Positions 1 through 9,792 of a stretch of 15,885 nucleotides of DNA are shown here, piece by piece. Location: the NCBI GenBank assembly GCA_963822585.1, contig CAWGIE010000024.1, forward strand, positions 1 through 15,885, read 5' to 3'. Made by a program: the position numbers and the translations under genes. The notes under the pieces were generated by a model, which was given only the letters and a program-made list of their open reading frames with translations, was not told the origin of the DNA and ran no database searches. Numbering within the stretch: position 1 is the first letter of the stretch; the number at the start of each line of letters is the position of its first letter. This stretch comes from an uncultured bacterium (GTDB taxonomy: Bacteria > Auribacterota > Erginobacteria > Erginobacterales > Erginobacteraceae).

Positions 1-137
1 CAATCGTAGTCAGAACAGAAATAAACGATTTAGTGTAAATTCGTGAAATTCGTGGAATAAAAAGGGGGGGAGGCGGAGGGAACTCTTGCGTATTTTGCGC
101 CTTTTTGCGGCTATTAAAAGAGGGTGAGGTAGAGGGA

Positions 138-445
138 TCAGGTTTCGGTCACCCGGATGGTACCGTTCACCATGCGCGCTTTCCGGCGCATGATCTTGGC
201 CAGTTTGTCCCAGAAGGCCTTTTCGAGGTCAAAGTCGAGGGCGATGGCGTTCCCGATCAGCAGGATCAGGAGATCGGCATGTTCTTCGATCAGGTCCTCT
301 CGCGGTCTCCCCTTGGTCAGGCATTGGCTGATCTCTCCCACCTCTTCCATGATCAGGTTCATGCGATGCAGCATGTCCTCACCGCCCGCTCCTTGAGAGA
401 GTATTTGCGATGAAATTCCCGGACGGCTTCGATCAGCTCGTTCAT
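138..445 (-). CDS. MazG-like (all-alpha) NTP pyrophosphohydrolase, with one apparent 1-nt deletion near 385-388
   Basis: The C-terminal frame has the EExxE...EExxD acidic pattern (MEEVGEISQ...IEEHADLL). An ATG at 445 overlaps the upstream gene's stop (ATGA) and reads MNELIEAVREFHRKYSLKER in another frame. Adding one G at minus-strand GAGCGG^GCGGTGAG joins it to GGEDMLHRM. The span is 308 nt (3n+2). Confidence 0.7.
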
Positions 446-666
446 TTTCCAAAGACGTAATCCACGATTTTGTCGATATGGGAATAATAACCGGGAAGCT
501 CATTCCCCTCGTATTCCCATTCAATGTCCTGTTTCAGCCGCGTTTTCACTTCGGAACTGCTATAATCGAGATCCCGCAGCATGGCCGCCCGATCTTTGAT
601 GGCGTACATGTGCATCTTCTCAAAATCACTCTCGTAAACATGCTTTTTCCCCGGATGTTTAACCAC
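442..666 (-). CDS. Hypothetical protein (~74 aa)
   Basis: ORF 442..687. A strong RBS (AAAGGAGG, 673-680 on the minus strand) sits 6 nt before a GTG at 666. The stop overlaps the next ATG. Confidence 0.7.
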   Translation of the reverse strand: MVKHPGKKHVYESDFEKMHMYAIKDRAAMLRDLDYSSSEVKTRLKQDIEWEYEGNELPGYYSHIDKIVDYVFGK

Positions 667-994
667 TGGAAACCTCCTTTCGCGCATTACACAGACGTAC
701 GCAGATTATGTTCCCCCGCCTCGGCCCCCTTTTTTAACCCCGATTAAAACTTCGGGGCGGGGCAGACGATTGAATGTGATTGAATATGACTGCTTGTCCT
801 ACCCTATTTAGAAACCGAAGATTTTCAGGTTAATTAAAATATATCGCAGGAAAATTTCAATTATTTCGCGGCACGTGAAAAACCTCCGCTGAAACCAACA
901 CTATATCGCTATAATATCCGGCGGGCAATGAAATTATCATCAAGAGAAACCACTCCCCCCGCGAGTTTTTATCTTGCCGGCATTGTCAGGCGAT

Positions 995-1056
995 TTGACA
1001 TTAATAACAGGATGAGGTATATCTATGTTGACAACCGGAAGGTTGTATTTTATTTT
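995..1056 (+). promoter_or_regulatory. Tandem candidate sigma70 promoters for the 1115 gene
   Basis: TTGACA(995-1000)-17 bp-TATATC and TTGACA(1028-1033)-17 bp-TATTTT. The palindrome ACAACC-GGAA-GGTTGT (1031-1046) lies in the second spacer. Confidence 0.45.
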
Positions 1057-1114
1057 TTAAATGAGCGAAGATTCGCGAGATCCGCGGTCAAATAAGGTGC
1101 GAAGCTAAATTCTA

Positions 1115-1372
1115 ATGGATAACAAACATCTAAAATCACTTCTTCTCGGACTGGGATTTGACTGCCGGGATGGGCATTGCCGGATCACCAGGGGAGATAA
1201 TTTCCGCCTTTACGGGGGATCTCAGGACACCCATTCCCTGATGCAGGAGAAAGCGATCAAATTCAACGAGCAGCTGAAGCTGAGGGGTAAAACCCTCAAC
1301 GACATCTCCGGCCCGGAATTCAGGGAGATCGCCCACAAGATCGGACTCCAGTTACCCCCGGATAATAATTAA
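1115..1372 (+). CDS. Hypothetical protein (85 aa)
   Basis: Protein-like ORF (LLGLGFDCRDGHCRITRGDNFRLYGGS..H..MQEKAIKFNE) downstream of candidate promoters, with GC-rich third codon positions. Confidence 0.75.
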   Translation: MDNKHLKSLLLGLGFDCRDGHCRITRGDNFRLYGGSQDTHSLMQEKAIKFNEQLKLRGKTLNDISGPEFREIAHKIGLQLPPDNN

Positions 1373-1400
1373 TAGTCAAGTAAACGATCAAGCAGTAATC

Positions 1401-1626
1401 AAATTAGCGGCGAAGCCGCTAATTTACCGTTTCGGAATTTCAATACTCTTATTTTTCCGGAGGAAAAATAAGATAAATACAATACTTCAGGCCAATATAT
1501 ACATTATGAAGTTGGAATTCGATGTCGGCTGAAGTATTAAAGTAGTCTTTTGACTGTGTTGCCTCGATGGAATTATCTTGGTCATTTTTCAAAACATAAA
1601 TTTGCGAGCGCAGCGAGCTAATTTAT
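1401..1626. repeat. Intergenic palindrome cluster (REP/MITE-like)
   Basis: AAATTAGCGGC-GAA-GCCGCTAATTT (1401-1425); TCTTATTTTTCC-GGA-GGAAAAATAAGA (1447-1473); AATACTTCAG...CTGAAGTATT (1481-1538); ATAAATTTGCGAGC-GCA-GCGAGCTAATTTAT (1596-1626). Confidence 0.7.
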
Positions 1627-1628
1627 AA

Positions 1629-2099
1629 ATGAAGCTGCCTCACCACACCCTGTTGTCGATTATCAGCTCGGGCGCGGTTTATCTTTTCTCGTACTCGGTG
1701 GGCGCCGCCCTCGCCTGTTTCCTCGCGGGGATCTTCATCGACCTCGATCACCTGTTTGAATACTACTATTACTTCGGCCTTCGCCGATTATCCGTCAAAG
1801 AATTCTTCCGCGCCGCCAACGAGCATGTGTATAACAAATTTTTCCTCTTCCTCCATTCATATGAACTGGCGGTCGTTCTCTGGGTTCTCAGCCTGGCCGT
1901 TATCCGCCGTCCCTGGGCCTGGGGCTTCTCCCTCGGGTTCACGCTCCATATCATTGCCGACCACATTTACAATCCCTGCGCGCCCCTTACCTATATTCTC
2001 CTTTTCCGGGTCAAACACCGATTCGCGGGGGAGCGGCTCTTCCCCTCGGAATTGCGGGAAAAAGGCCGGGCAAAGGACCGGCACCGGGGCGGCAGGTAA
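1629..2099 (+). CDS. Membrane-bound metal-dependent hydrolase (YdjM-like)
   Basis: Hydrophobic segments with the conserved-type motifs N-terminal H, DLDH, LHS and HIIAD. Confidence 0.7.
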   Translation: MKLPHHTLLSIISSGAVYLFSYSVGAALACFLAGIFIDLDHLFEYYYYFGLRRLSVKEFFRAANEHVYNKFFLFLHSYELAVVLWVLSLAVIRRPWAWGFSLGFTLHIIADHIYNPCAPLTYILLFRVKHRFAGERLFPSELREKGRAKDRHRGGR

Positions 2100-2222
2100 C
2101 TACGGACACCGGTTACACCCCCCCCGGTGCCGGGATGAACGTCTTGAAAATCCCGGGTGAAGTCTACTTATTCTCCATCAGCTTCTCGTATTGATCGATC
2201 CGAAGTTGATCACCGCGCACGA

Positions 2223-2267
2223 ATCCCCCCCGGGGGGTATTGACACCATAGGGGGGTATGGTATATT
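2223..2267 (+). promoter_or_regulatory. sigma70 promoter with CsoR/RcnR-type operator
   Basis: -35 TTGACA (2240-2245), a 16-bp spacer and -10 TATATT (2262-2267). The spacer is covered by ACCATA-GGGGGG-TATGGT (2245-2262). A second C7/G6 tract, ATCCCCCCCGGGGGGTAT, lies at 2223-2240. G/C tracts flanked by AT inverted repeats are the known CsoR/RcnR operator form. Confidence 0.85.
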
Positions 2268-2313
2268 ACCCTTGTCAACGATGAAGTGTGAACCCTCAAA
2301 AGGATGACCCGAA

Positions 2314-2601
2314 ATGACACCTATTTCCCATACGACCCATGAAAAAGAACTGGTTTCTCTGAGAAGAATCGAGGGGCAGCTCCGGGGCATTCAGAAGATG
2401 ATAGAAGAAAAAAAATACTGCACCGATATCATTACCCAGCTTCACGCGGCGATCAACGCTCTCTACCGGGTGGCGGAATCTATTTTCGGCCGGCATCTGG
2501 AGCATTGCGTGACCGATGCTTTCCAGGGAAGTTCGGAAAGAGAGAAACGGGAGAAGATCGAGGAGATCCTGGAGGTGGTGAAGAGGCTCCATAAATTATG
2601 A
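2314..2601 (+). CDS. csoR: CsoR/RcnR-family metal-sensing repressor, Cu(I)-type C-H-C ligand set
   Basis: LRRIEGQLRGIQKMIEE..YCTDI..Q....HLEHCV motif with Cys36, His61 and Cys65. RBS AAGGA upstream. Confidence 0.9.
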   Translation: MTPISHTTHEKELVSLRRIEGQLRGIQKMIEEKKYCTDIITQLHAAINALYRVAESIFGRHLEHCVTDAFQGSSEREKREKIEEILEVVKRLHKL

Positions 2602-2685
2602 AAAGTCCCCTTGAGATGAGGAAAAGTCCGTACAGACAATACATAAGTATACATCCATAAAGCGAGATGAAGAAGAGAAGCGAGA

Positions 2686-4089
2686 ATGAAGATGATTAGA
2701 ATAATCGCGTATTGCATGGCGCCGGCTCTTCTCTTCTTGATCGGGTGCGCGTCCACGCGGGAAGATCAGGCCTTCGAACGGTATCGCGCGGTAGACCGTT
2801 CAACATATGAAACAAAGGCAACCCCTTCCAGGGCCGGCATCGAGCTCCCCCGATTAGACGAGGATTCGACGCTCTCCGACTATCTCGCTTACGCGGCCCT
2901 GAACAACCCCGGGCTCGAAGCCGCCTTTAATCGCTGGAAAGCGGCCCTGGAGAAGATCCTCCCGGCCCGATCTCTCCCGGACCCCCGGTTTACCTACGGC
3001 TACTTCATCGAGTCGGTTGAGACCCGGGTCGGCCCGCAGCGCCAGAAATTCAGCATCTCGCAGATGTTCCCCTGGTACGGCAAGCTTAAATCAAGCTCGG
3101 AGATGAAGTTGGCCGAGGCAAATGCCGCGGAGGAGCATTATCGGACGGCGAAGCTGAATCTCTTTTACCAGGTTAAAAACGCCTATTACGAATACTACTA
3201 CCTCGCGCGGTCGATAGCCATCACCAAGGAAAATCTCGACCTTCTCTCTTACTTTGAAGAGATCATTCGGACGAAATACGCGGTCGGCGCCTCCAATCAT
3301 CCCGATCTTATCAGGGCCCAGATCGAGCAGGGGAAGATTGACGATCGGTGGCGGCAGCTGATCGACATGAAGGAACCGATCATCGCCCGGCTGAACGCCG
3401 CTCTCAACCGCCCGGTGTATATGGAACTCCCCGAGCCCAAAAGTATCCCCGAAGAGAAGATCGCGGCCACCGACCAGGAGCTGATTGCCTTGCTCAAGAG
3501 CGCTAACCCCGAACTCAAGGCTTTGGAATTCGATATCGAGAAGGCGAAGAACGCAATCGATCTGGCGCAGCGGGAATTCATACCCGACGTCTCGCTCGAC
3601 ATGACCTGGATAGATACGGGTACGGATAACGTCACTGCCGAGGACGCGGGGAAAGACGCGGTGATAGCCGGCATCTCGATCAACCTGCCGATCTGGTATG
3701 CCAATTATAAGGCTGCCGAGCGCTCCGCCCGGGCCGGCTTTCTCGCGGCCCAAAATACAATGAGAAATAAAGAAAACGCCCTATTTTACGAAGTAGAACT
3801 CTCGCTCTTCAACTACCGGGATGCCGAGAGAAAGATCAATCTCTACCGCGATACGCTCCTCCCCAAAGGACAACAGTCTCTTCAAGCCACGGAAGCCGCT
3901 TATCGAACGGGAAAACTGGATTTTCTGAACCTGATCGACGCCCAACGGATTCTTCTGGAGTTCCAGCTTTCATACGAAAGGGCTCTCACTAACCAGGCCC
4001 AGCGGTTGGCCGAACTGGAGGAACTGGTGGGTATTGAGATCCCCCGGGGCAGACCCGCATCGGAAGAAGGAGGGAACCTTAATGAGTGA
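2686..4089 (+). CDS. cusC: TolC/CusC-family outer-membrane efflux lipoprotein
   Basis: Lipobox-like LLFLIGC; OEP repeats (ALNNPGLEAA, ISQMFPWYGK, INLPIW, AYRTGKLDFLNLIDAQR); first gene of a CBA cluster. Confidence 0.85.
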   Translation: MKMIRIIAYCMAPALLFLIGCASTREDQAFERYRAVDRSTYETKATPSRAGIELPRLDEDSTLSDYLAYAALNNPGLEAAFNRWKAALEKILPARSLPDPRFTYGYFIESVETRVGPQRQKFSISQMFPWYGKLKSSSEMKLAEANAAEEHYRTAKLNLFYQVKNAYYEYYYLARSIAITKENLDLLSYFEEIIRTKYAVGASNHPDLIRAQIEQGKIDDRWRQLIDMKEPIIARLNAALNRPVYMELPEPKSIPEEKIAATDQELIALLKSANPELKALEFDIEKAKNAIDLAQREFIPDVSLDMTWIDTGTDNVTAEDAGKDAVIAGISINLPIWYANYKAAERSARAGFLAAQNTMRNKENALFYEVELSLFNYRDAERKINLYRDTLLPKGQQSLQATEAAYRTGKLDFLNLIDAQRILLEFQLSYERALTNQAQRLAELEELVGIEIPRGRPASEEGGNLNE

Positions 4090-5605
4090 ATCAAAAGCCG
4101 GCAACAAAAAACGGATCACCATAATACTACTTGTTCTGCTGGTAATCGTTGCTTTTGTCCTGGGCTATCTATTTCGGGGCGGAGAAAAGCCAAAGACCGC
4201 GCGGACAGAAGAAGCCGCCGCGCCGACGGAGGTGAAGCAGGCGACGATCTGGACCTGTGCCATGCATCCTCAGATCAGGCTGCCGGAGCCCGGCCCCTGT
4301 CCGATCTGCGGAATGGACCTGATCCCGGTAACGCCCGGCGGCGATGAAATGGAGGGATCGCGCCGGCTGACCATGTCCGAGACGGCCAGGAAACTGGCCC
4401 AGATCCAGGTGAGCCCGGTGGAGCGGAAATTCGTCACCGCCGAGATCCGTATGGTGGGTAAGGTTGATTTCGACGAGACCCGGCTGGGTTATATTACCGC
4501 CTGGATATCGGGACGGATTGACCGTCTCTTCGTGGATTATACGGGGATCCAGGTGAAGAAAGGGGAGCACATGGTATCCCTGTATAGTCCTGAAGTCCTG
4601 GCCACTGAAGAGGAACTCCTGCAGGCGATTCAGGCCGTTAAGGAGCTGGGTAAGAGCGAGATCGGGATTATGAAGTCGACCGCCGCCGCTACGGTCGAGG
4701 CGGCCAGGGAGAGACTGCGTCTCTGGGGGCTCTCCGAGGAGCAGATAAAGAAAATAGAGAATAATACCACCCCATCCGACCACATCACGATCTACTCGCC
4801 CATGAGCGGGATCGTGATCCATAAGAACGCGGTCGAGGGAATGTACGTTCAGACGGGAACACGCATTTATACCATCGCCGATCTCTCCCAGGTATGGGTG
4901 AAACTCGATGCCTATGAATCCGACATGGTCTGGCTCCGGTACGGCCAGGATGTCGAATTCACGACCGTAGCCGATCCGGGGGAGATTTACCGGGGCAAGA
5001 TCTCCTTTATCGATCCTTTCCTCGACGAAAAGACACATACCATCAAGCTTCGGGTCGATGTTGACAATCCCCAGGGGGCGCTTAAGCCGGGGATGTTCGT
5101 CCGGGCCGTTGTAAAAACGGAAGTGGCGGCCGGCGGCAAGGTGATGGATCCGGATTTAGCCGGCAAGTGGATCTGCCCCATGCATCCCAGCGTGGTCAGG
5201 GATGAGGCGGGCGATTGCCCGATCTGCGGGATGCCGCTGGTGACGACCGAGTCCCTCGGCTATATCAGCAGCGAAAAGACCGAAGCCCCTCTGGTGATCC
5301 CGGTTACGGCCGCGCTCAAAACGGGCAAGCGGGCCGTGGTATACGTCGAGGTGCCCGGAACGGAAGAGCCTACCTTCGAGGGAAGGGAGGTCGTCCTGGG
5401 GCCCCGGGCCGGGGATTATTATATCGTCCGTTCCGGCCTTCAGGAAGGCGAGCTGGTCGTCACCAACGGGAACTTCAAAATCGACAGCGCCGTCCAGATA
5501 GAAGCCAAACCAAGCATGATGATGCCGGAGGGAGGGGGGGGCGGGGGGGGACATCATCACGGCCCGGCCGCGGCCGGGAAGATGACCGGGGAGACGGTAA
5601 GATGA
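4082..5605 (+). CDS. cusB: CusB-type RND periplasmic adaptor with two heavy-metal-binding (CxMHP...CPxCGM) domains
   Basis: ATG at 4082 overlaps the cusC end. N-terminal TM anchor; WTCAMHP..CPICGMDL and WICPMHP..CPICGMPL; adaptor motifs IADLSQVWV and LKPGMF; G7H3 near the C-terminus. Confidence 0.9.
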   Translation: MSESKAGNKKRITIILLVLLVIVAFVLGYLFRGGEKPKTARTEEAAAPTEVKQATIWTCAMHPQIRLPEPGPCPICGMDLIPVTPGGDEMEGSRRLTMSETARKLAQIQVSPVERKFVTAEIRMVGKVDFDETRLGYITAWISGRIDRLFVDYTGIQVKKGEHMVSLYSPEVLATEEELLQAIQAVKELGKSEIGIMKSTAAATVEAARERLRLWGLSEEQIKKIENNTTPSDHITIYSPMSGIVIHKNAVEGMYVQTGTRIYTIADLSQVWVKLDAYESDMVWLRYGQDVEFTTVADPGEIYRGKISFIDPFLDEKTHTIKLRVDVDNPQGALKPGMFVRAVVKTEVAAGGKVMDPDLAGKWICPMHPSVVRDEAGDCPICGMPLVTTESLGYISSEKTEAPLVIPVTAALKTGKRAVVYVEVPGTEEPTFEGREVVLGPRAGDYYIVRSGLQEGELVVTNGNFKIDSAVQIEAKPSMMMPEGGGGGGGHHHGPAAAGKMTGETVR

Positions 5606-8600
5606 CGATTCTTGATCGGATTATCCGGTTCTGTCTGGAGAATAAACTGATTGTCACGCTGGGGATCATCTTCATCGCCGTCTGGGGGATTATGGTGGCG
5701 CCCTTCGATTGGGATCTCGGCCGTCTCCCGCGCGACCCCGTCCCCACGGACGCCATCCCCGATATCGGCGAAAATCAGCAGATCGTTTTCACGCAATGGC
5801 CGGGGCGGTCCCCCCAGGACGTCGAGGACCAGATCACCTACCCCCTCACGGTCTCCCTTCTCGGCGTCCCCGGCGTGAAGACTATCCGCTGCTATTCTTT
5901 CTTCGGATTCTCCACGATCTATATCATCTTCGAGGAGAATATCGAATTTTACTGGTCCCGAAGCCGGGTCCTGGAGAAGCTGAACAGTCTTCCCGCCGGT
6001 ACACTCCCGGAAGGCGTGCAGCCCGCGCTGGGGCCGGACGCGACGCCGCTGGGGCAGGTCTTCTGGTACACGTTGGAAGGCCGGGACAAGGAGGGGAACC
6101 CCACCGGGGGCTGGGACCTCAACGAACTGAGGTCGGTCCAGGACTGGTACGTCCGCTATGCCCTTCTTTCCGCGGGGGGAGTGAGCGAGGTCGCCTCGAT
6201 CGGGGGCTTCGTCCAGGAATATCAGATCGACGTCGATCCTGACGCGATGCGGGCCTATGGGGTGACGATCGAGGATGTTTTTAACGCGGTCCGGATGTCC
6301 AATGTCGATATCGGGGCCCGCTCCATCGAGGTCAACAAGGTCGAATATTTCATCCGCGGGTTGGGTTTCATTAAAGGGCTGAAAGACCTGGAGATGTCGG
6401 TAATCAAGGTCAATGAGAACGTGCCGATCTATATCAAGGATGTCGGCCAGGTGACTCTCGGCCCCGCTCTGCGCCGCGGAGCGCTGGACAAGGAAGGGGC
6501 GGAAGTCGTGGGGGGCGTGGTGGTTGTCCGATACGGGGAAAATCCCCTTCAGGTCATCAAGAACGTCAAGAAGAAGATCGAGGAGATCACTCCGGGCCTG
6601 GGGGAGAAGACGCTTCCCGACGGCACCGTCTCCCATCTCGCCATCGTCCCCTTTTACGACCGGACCGGTCTCATCTACGAGACCCTGGGTACGTTGAGCA
6701 AGGCCCTGACGGAGGAGATCCTCATCACCATCATCGTGGTCATCGTGATGGTGATGCACCTGCGAAGTTCCATCCTGATCTCGGCCTCCCTCCCGCTGGC
6801 GATCCTGATGTGCTTCATCGCCATGAAACTTTTCGGCGTGGATGCCAACATCGTGGCCCTTTCCGGGATCGCCATCGCCATCGGTACGATCGTCGATATG
6901 GGGATCATCGTCTCGGAAAATATACTGAAACACCTCGACGCGGCAAAACCGGGCGAGAACCGCCTCGAAGTTATCTTCCGGGCCGTCTCGGAGATCGGCA
7001 GCGCCGTTCTGACCGCGGTCTCGACTACCGTGGTTTCCTTTCTTCCGGTCTTCACCATGACCGCGGCGGAAGGGAAGCTCTTTAAACCGCTCGCCTTCAC
7101 CAAAACATTCGCCTTGATCGCGTCGATCATTGTCGCCCTGACCGTTATTCCCCCGTTTGCCCACCTGCTCTTCCGGGGAAGGTTTGAGAGCAAGAAACTG
7201 ATGCGTTTTCTGAACGTTCTCCTCATCATCTTCGGGGTTGCCGTGTGGGTAAAAGTCGCCTGGTGGGCGGGAGTCGATCCTGATTCTCCTCGCCCTTCTC
7301 GAATTACTCCGTCCCCTGCTCTCGGAGAAGGTCCGCCGGGCAATCCCCCTTTTGGCAATCGGCCTGGCCATCCTGGTCGTGACCGTAATCCTCACGCGGC
7401 ACTGGCTCCCCCTGGGGCCGGAGAAGGGCTTTACGCGCAACTTCATATTCGTTGTCCTCATCACCGGGGTCCTGCTGGTATTCTTCAAACTATTTGAGCG
7501 TTTCTTCGGAGCCCATCTTGAGCTGGTGCCTGCGTCACAAGGCCCTTTTTCTTTCATTTCCGTTGGTCATCGTTATCGCCGGCGGGTTTATCTGGAAGGG
7601 CCTGGGAAAGGAATTCATGCCTCCCCTTGATGAGGGTTCTTTTCTCTGGATGCCGTCGACCATGCCCCACGCCTCCATCGGCGAGGCCCTGGATATTCTT
7701 CAGAAGCAGGACATGCTGATCGGTTCCATCCCCGAGATAGAAAGCGTGGTCGGCAAGCTCGGCCGGGCGGAGACGCCGCTCGACCCGGCGCCGATCTCGA
7801 TGATCGAGACGATTATTAACTATAAGCCTGAATACATTACCGACAAAGACGGACATCGGGAGAGCTTCCGATATGATAAAAAGAAGCAAGAGTTCGTCAG
7901 GAGCGAGGATGGCGAACTTATCCCCGATCCCCACGGCCGGCCCTACCGCCAGTGGCGCCCGCGGATCAAGAAGCCGGACGATATCTGGGCTGAGATCGTC
8001 AAGGTGGCCCGGATCCCCGGTACAACTTCCGCTCCCAAGCTGCAGCCGATCGCGGCCCGGATCGTGATGCTTCAGAGCGGGATGCGGGCTCCCCTCGGGG
8101 TCAAGGTCAAAGGGCCGGACCTGGAAACGATCGAAACGGTCGGCCTGGAGATAGAAAAGTTCTTGAAAGAGGTGCCGTCGGTAGAGCCCTCCGCGGTTAT
8201 CGCCGACCGGATCGTGGGCAAGCCCTACCTCGAGATCGAGATCGATCGAGAAGCGGTAGCGCGATACGGCATCATGATCCGAAGAATCCAGGATACCCTT
8301 GAAGTCGCAATCGGGGGAAAAAAGATCACCACCACCGTGGAGGGGCGTCAGCGCTATCCGGTGCGGGTGCGCTACTTAAGGGAGCTGCGCGACCAGATCG
8401 AGTCCCTGGGGAGAATACTGATCCCCGCTCCCGATGGGACCCGGATCCCCCTGATCCAACTGGCGAAAATCAACTACCGGGCCGGTCCCCAGGTGATCAA
8501 GACGGAGGACACCCGCCTTGTCGGCTACGTCATTTTCGACATGAAGCCCGGCCAGGCGGAGGTGAACGTGGTGGAAGACTGCCAAAATTATCTCAAGAAG

Positions 8601-9284
8601 AAGCTGGCGGACGGCGAATTCGACCTTCCGGCGGGGGTCAGCTACGAATTCGCCGGAAGCTACAAGAACCAGCTCCGCGCTCAGGCCAAGCTGGCGATCG
8701 TTCTCCCGCTCGCTCTCTTCATCATCTTTCTGATTCTTTTCTTCCAATTCAAGACCGTCCCCACCACGCTCCTGGTCTTCTCGAGCATCCTGGTGGCATG
8801 GGCCGGCGGTTTCATCATGATCTGGTTCTACGGCCAGCCCTGGTTCCTGAACTTCAGCGTCTTCGGGGAGAGCATGCGCGAACTCTTCCAGGTGCATCCC
8901 TTCAACCTCAGTGTCGCCGTCTGGGTGGGGTTCCTCGCCCTTTTCGGAATCTCTTCGGATAACGGCGTCATCATGGCGACCTACCTCGATCAGTCATTTC
9001 GGAAGAGGACGCCGGCCTCCGTCGAAGATATCCGCGAGGCGACACTCCAGGCGGGGTTGCGCCGGGTCCGTCCCTGTTTGATGACCGCCGGGACAACCAT
9101 CCTGGCCCTGATCCCCGTTCTCACCTCCGTGGGTCGCGGCGCGGATGTCATGGTCCCCATGGCGATACCCTCTTTCGGAGGGATGACGATCGTATTGATC
9201 GGGCTGATCGTTGTTCCGGTCCTCTATTGCAGCGTAGAAGAGTGGAAGTTTAAATTTCGATCCAAAAACGGCAAGCGGGATTGA
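5602..9284 (+). CDS. cusA: CusA-family Cu(I)/Ag(I) RND permease, ~1226 aa after removing two 1-nt insertions (about 7276 and 7508); assembly error or pseudogene
   Basis: ATGA overlap with cusB. Motifs DAIPDIGENQQIV, GPDATPLGQVFWY, GIAIAIGTIVD, EFMPPLDEG, RVRPCLMT. Equivalents of the E. coli CusA Met triad are present (LWMPST, PISMIET, RIVMLQSG). The reading is spread across ORFs 5215..7497, 7352..7630 and 7452..9284. Confidence 0.9.
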
Positions 9285-9311
9285 AAAAGAATAGATAGAA
9301 GGTGTCGCATC

Positions 9312-9776
9312 ATGATTGAAATCGGCCGGATAGTGGAGGTCTCCGGGGGGAAAGCGAAAGTCTCCCTTCCCCGGAATAAAGGGTGCGCCGGCTGCGGCAA
9401 GTGCGCTTTCGCGTCCGGGGGGAAGGATATGCTTCTGGAAGCGGAGAATGACGCCGCCGGAAGCCCCGGCGACGAGGTGGAGGTGAGTGTTCCCTTCCGC
9501 GATCCCCTCCAGGCTTCACTTCTGATCTTCGGTCTCCCCCTGCTTGCTCTCCTGGTCGGGGCGATCGCCGGTTACTGGCTCTTTCACCGTTTCGGGGGTG
9601 ACCCGGATTTCGGGGCTATCCTCCTGGGCGCCGCCGGCCTCGCCGCGGTTTTTCTCCGGGTGCGTTCTCGGGAAAGACGGCGTGCCGCGACCCGCGCCGG
9701 GAGGGTTGCCGTCATCAGGGTCATTCACTCCGAAAAATCTCTCATGAGCCGGAACGGTTTGGGCAAAACCAATTAA
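9312..9776 (+). CDS. RseC/MucC-family membrane protein
   Basis: MIEIGRIVEV start, CxxCxxC (CAGCGKC), GDEVEV, then two TM helices beginning IFGLPLL. RBS AAGG upstream. Confidence 0.8.
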   Translation: MIEIGRIVEVSGGKAKVSLPRNKGCAGCGKCAFASGGKDMLLEAENDAAGSPGDEVEVSVPFRDPLQASLLIFGLPLLALLVGAIAGYWLFHRFGGDPDFGAILLGAAGLAAVFLRVRSRERRRAATRAGRVAVIRVIHSEKSLMSRNGLGKTN

Positions 9777-9792
9777 TCGTGAAAGAGGTGCA

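Noticed and set aside
5215..5601. N-terminal extensions of the track ORFs for cusA (5215), cusB (4034), gdh (12627) and the antitoxin (11775)
   Set aside because: They overlap upstream genes or the terminator. Internal ATGs, most with stop-start overlaps, are better starts.
7270..7512. Programmed frameshifting in cusA
   Set aside because: There is no slippery sequence at either site, and two successive shifts would be needed.
5557..7557. 666-aa minus-strand ORF, and similar ones at 3091-3753, 4169-5038 and 8376-8897
   Set aside because: Antisense shadows of GC-rich cus genes, with no recognisable motifs.
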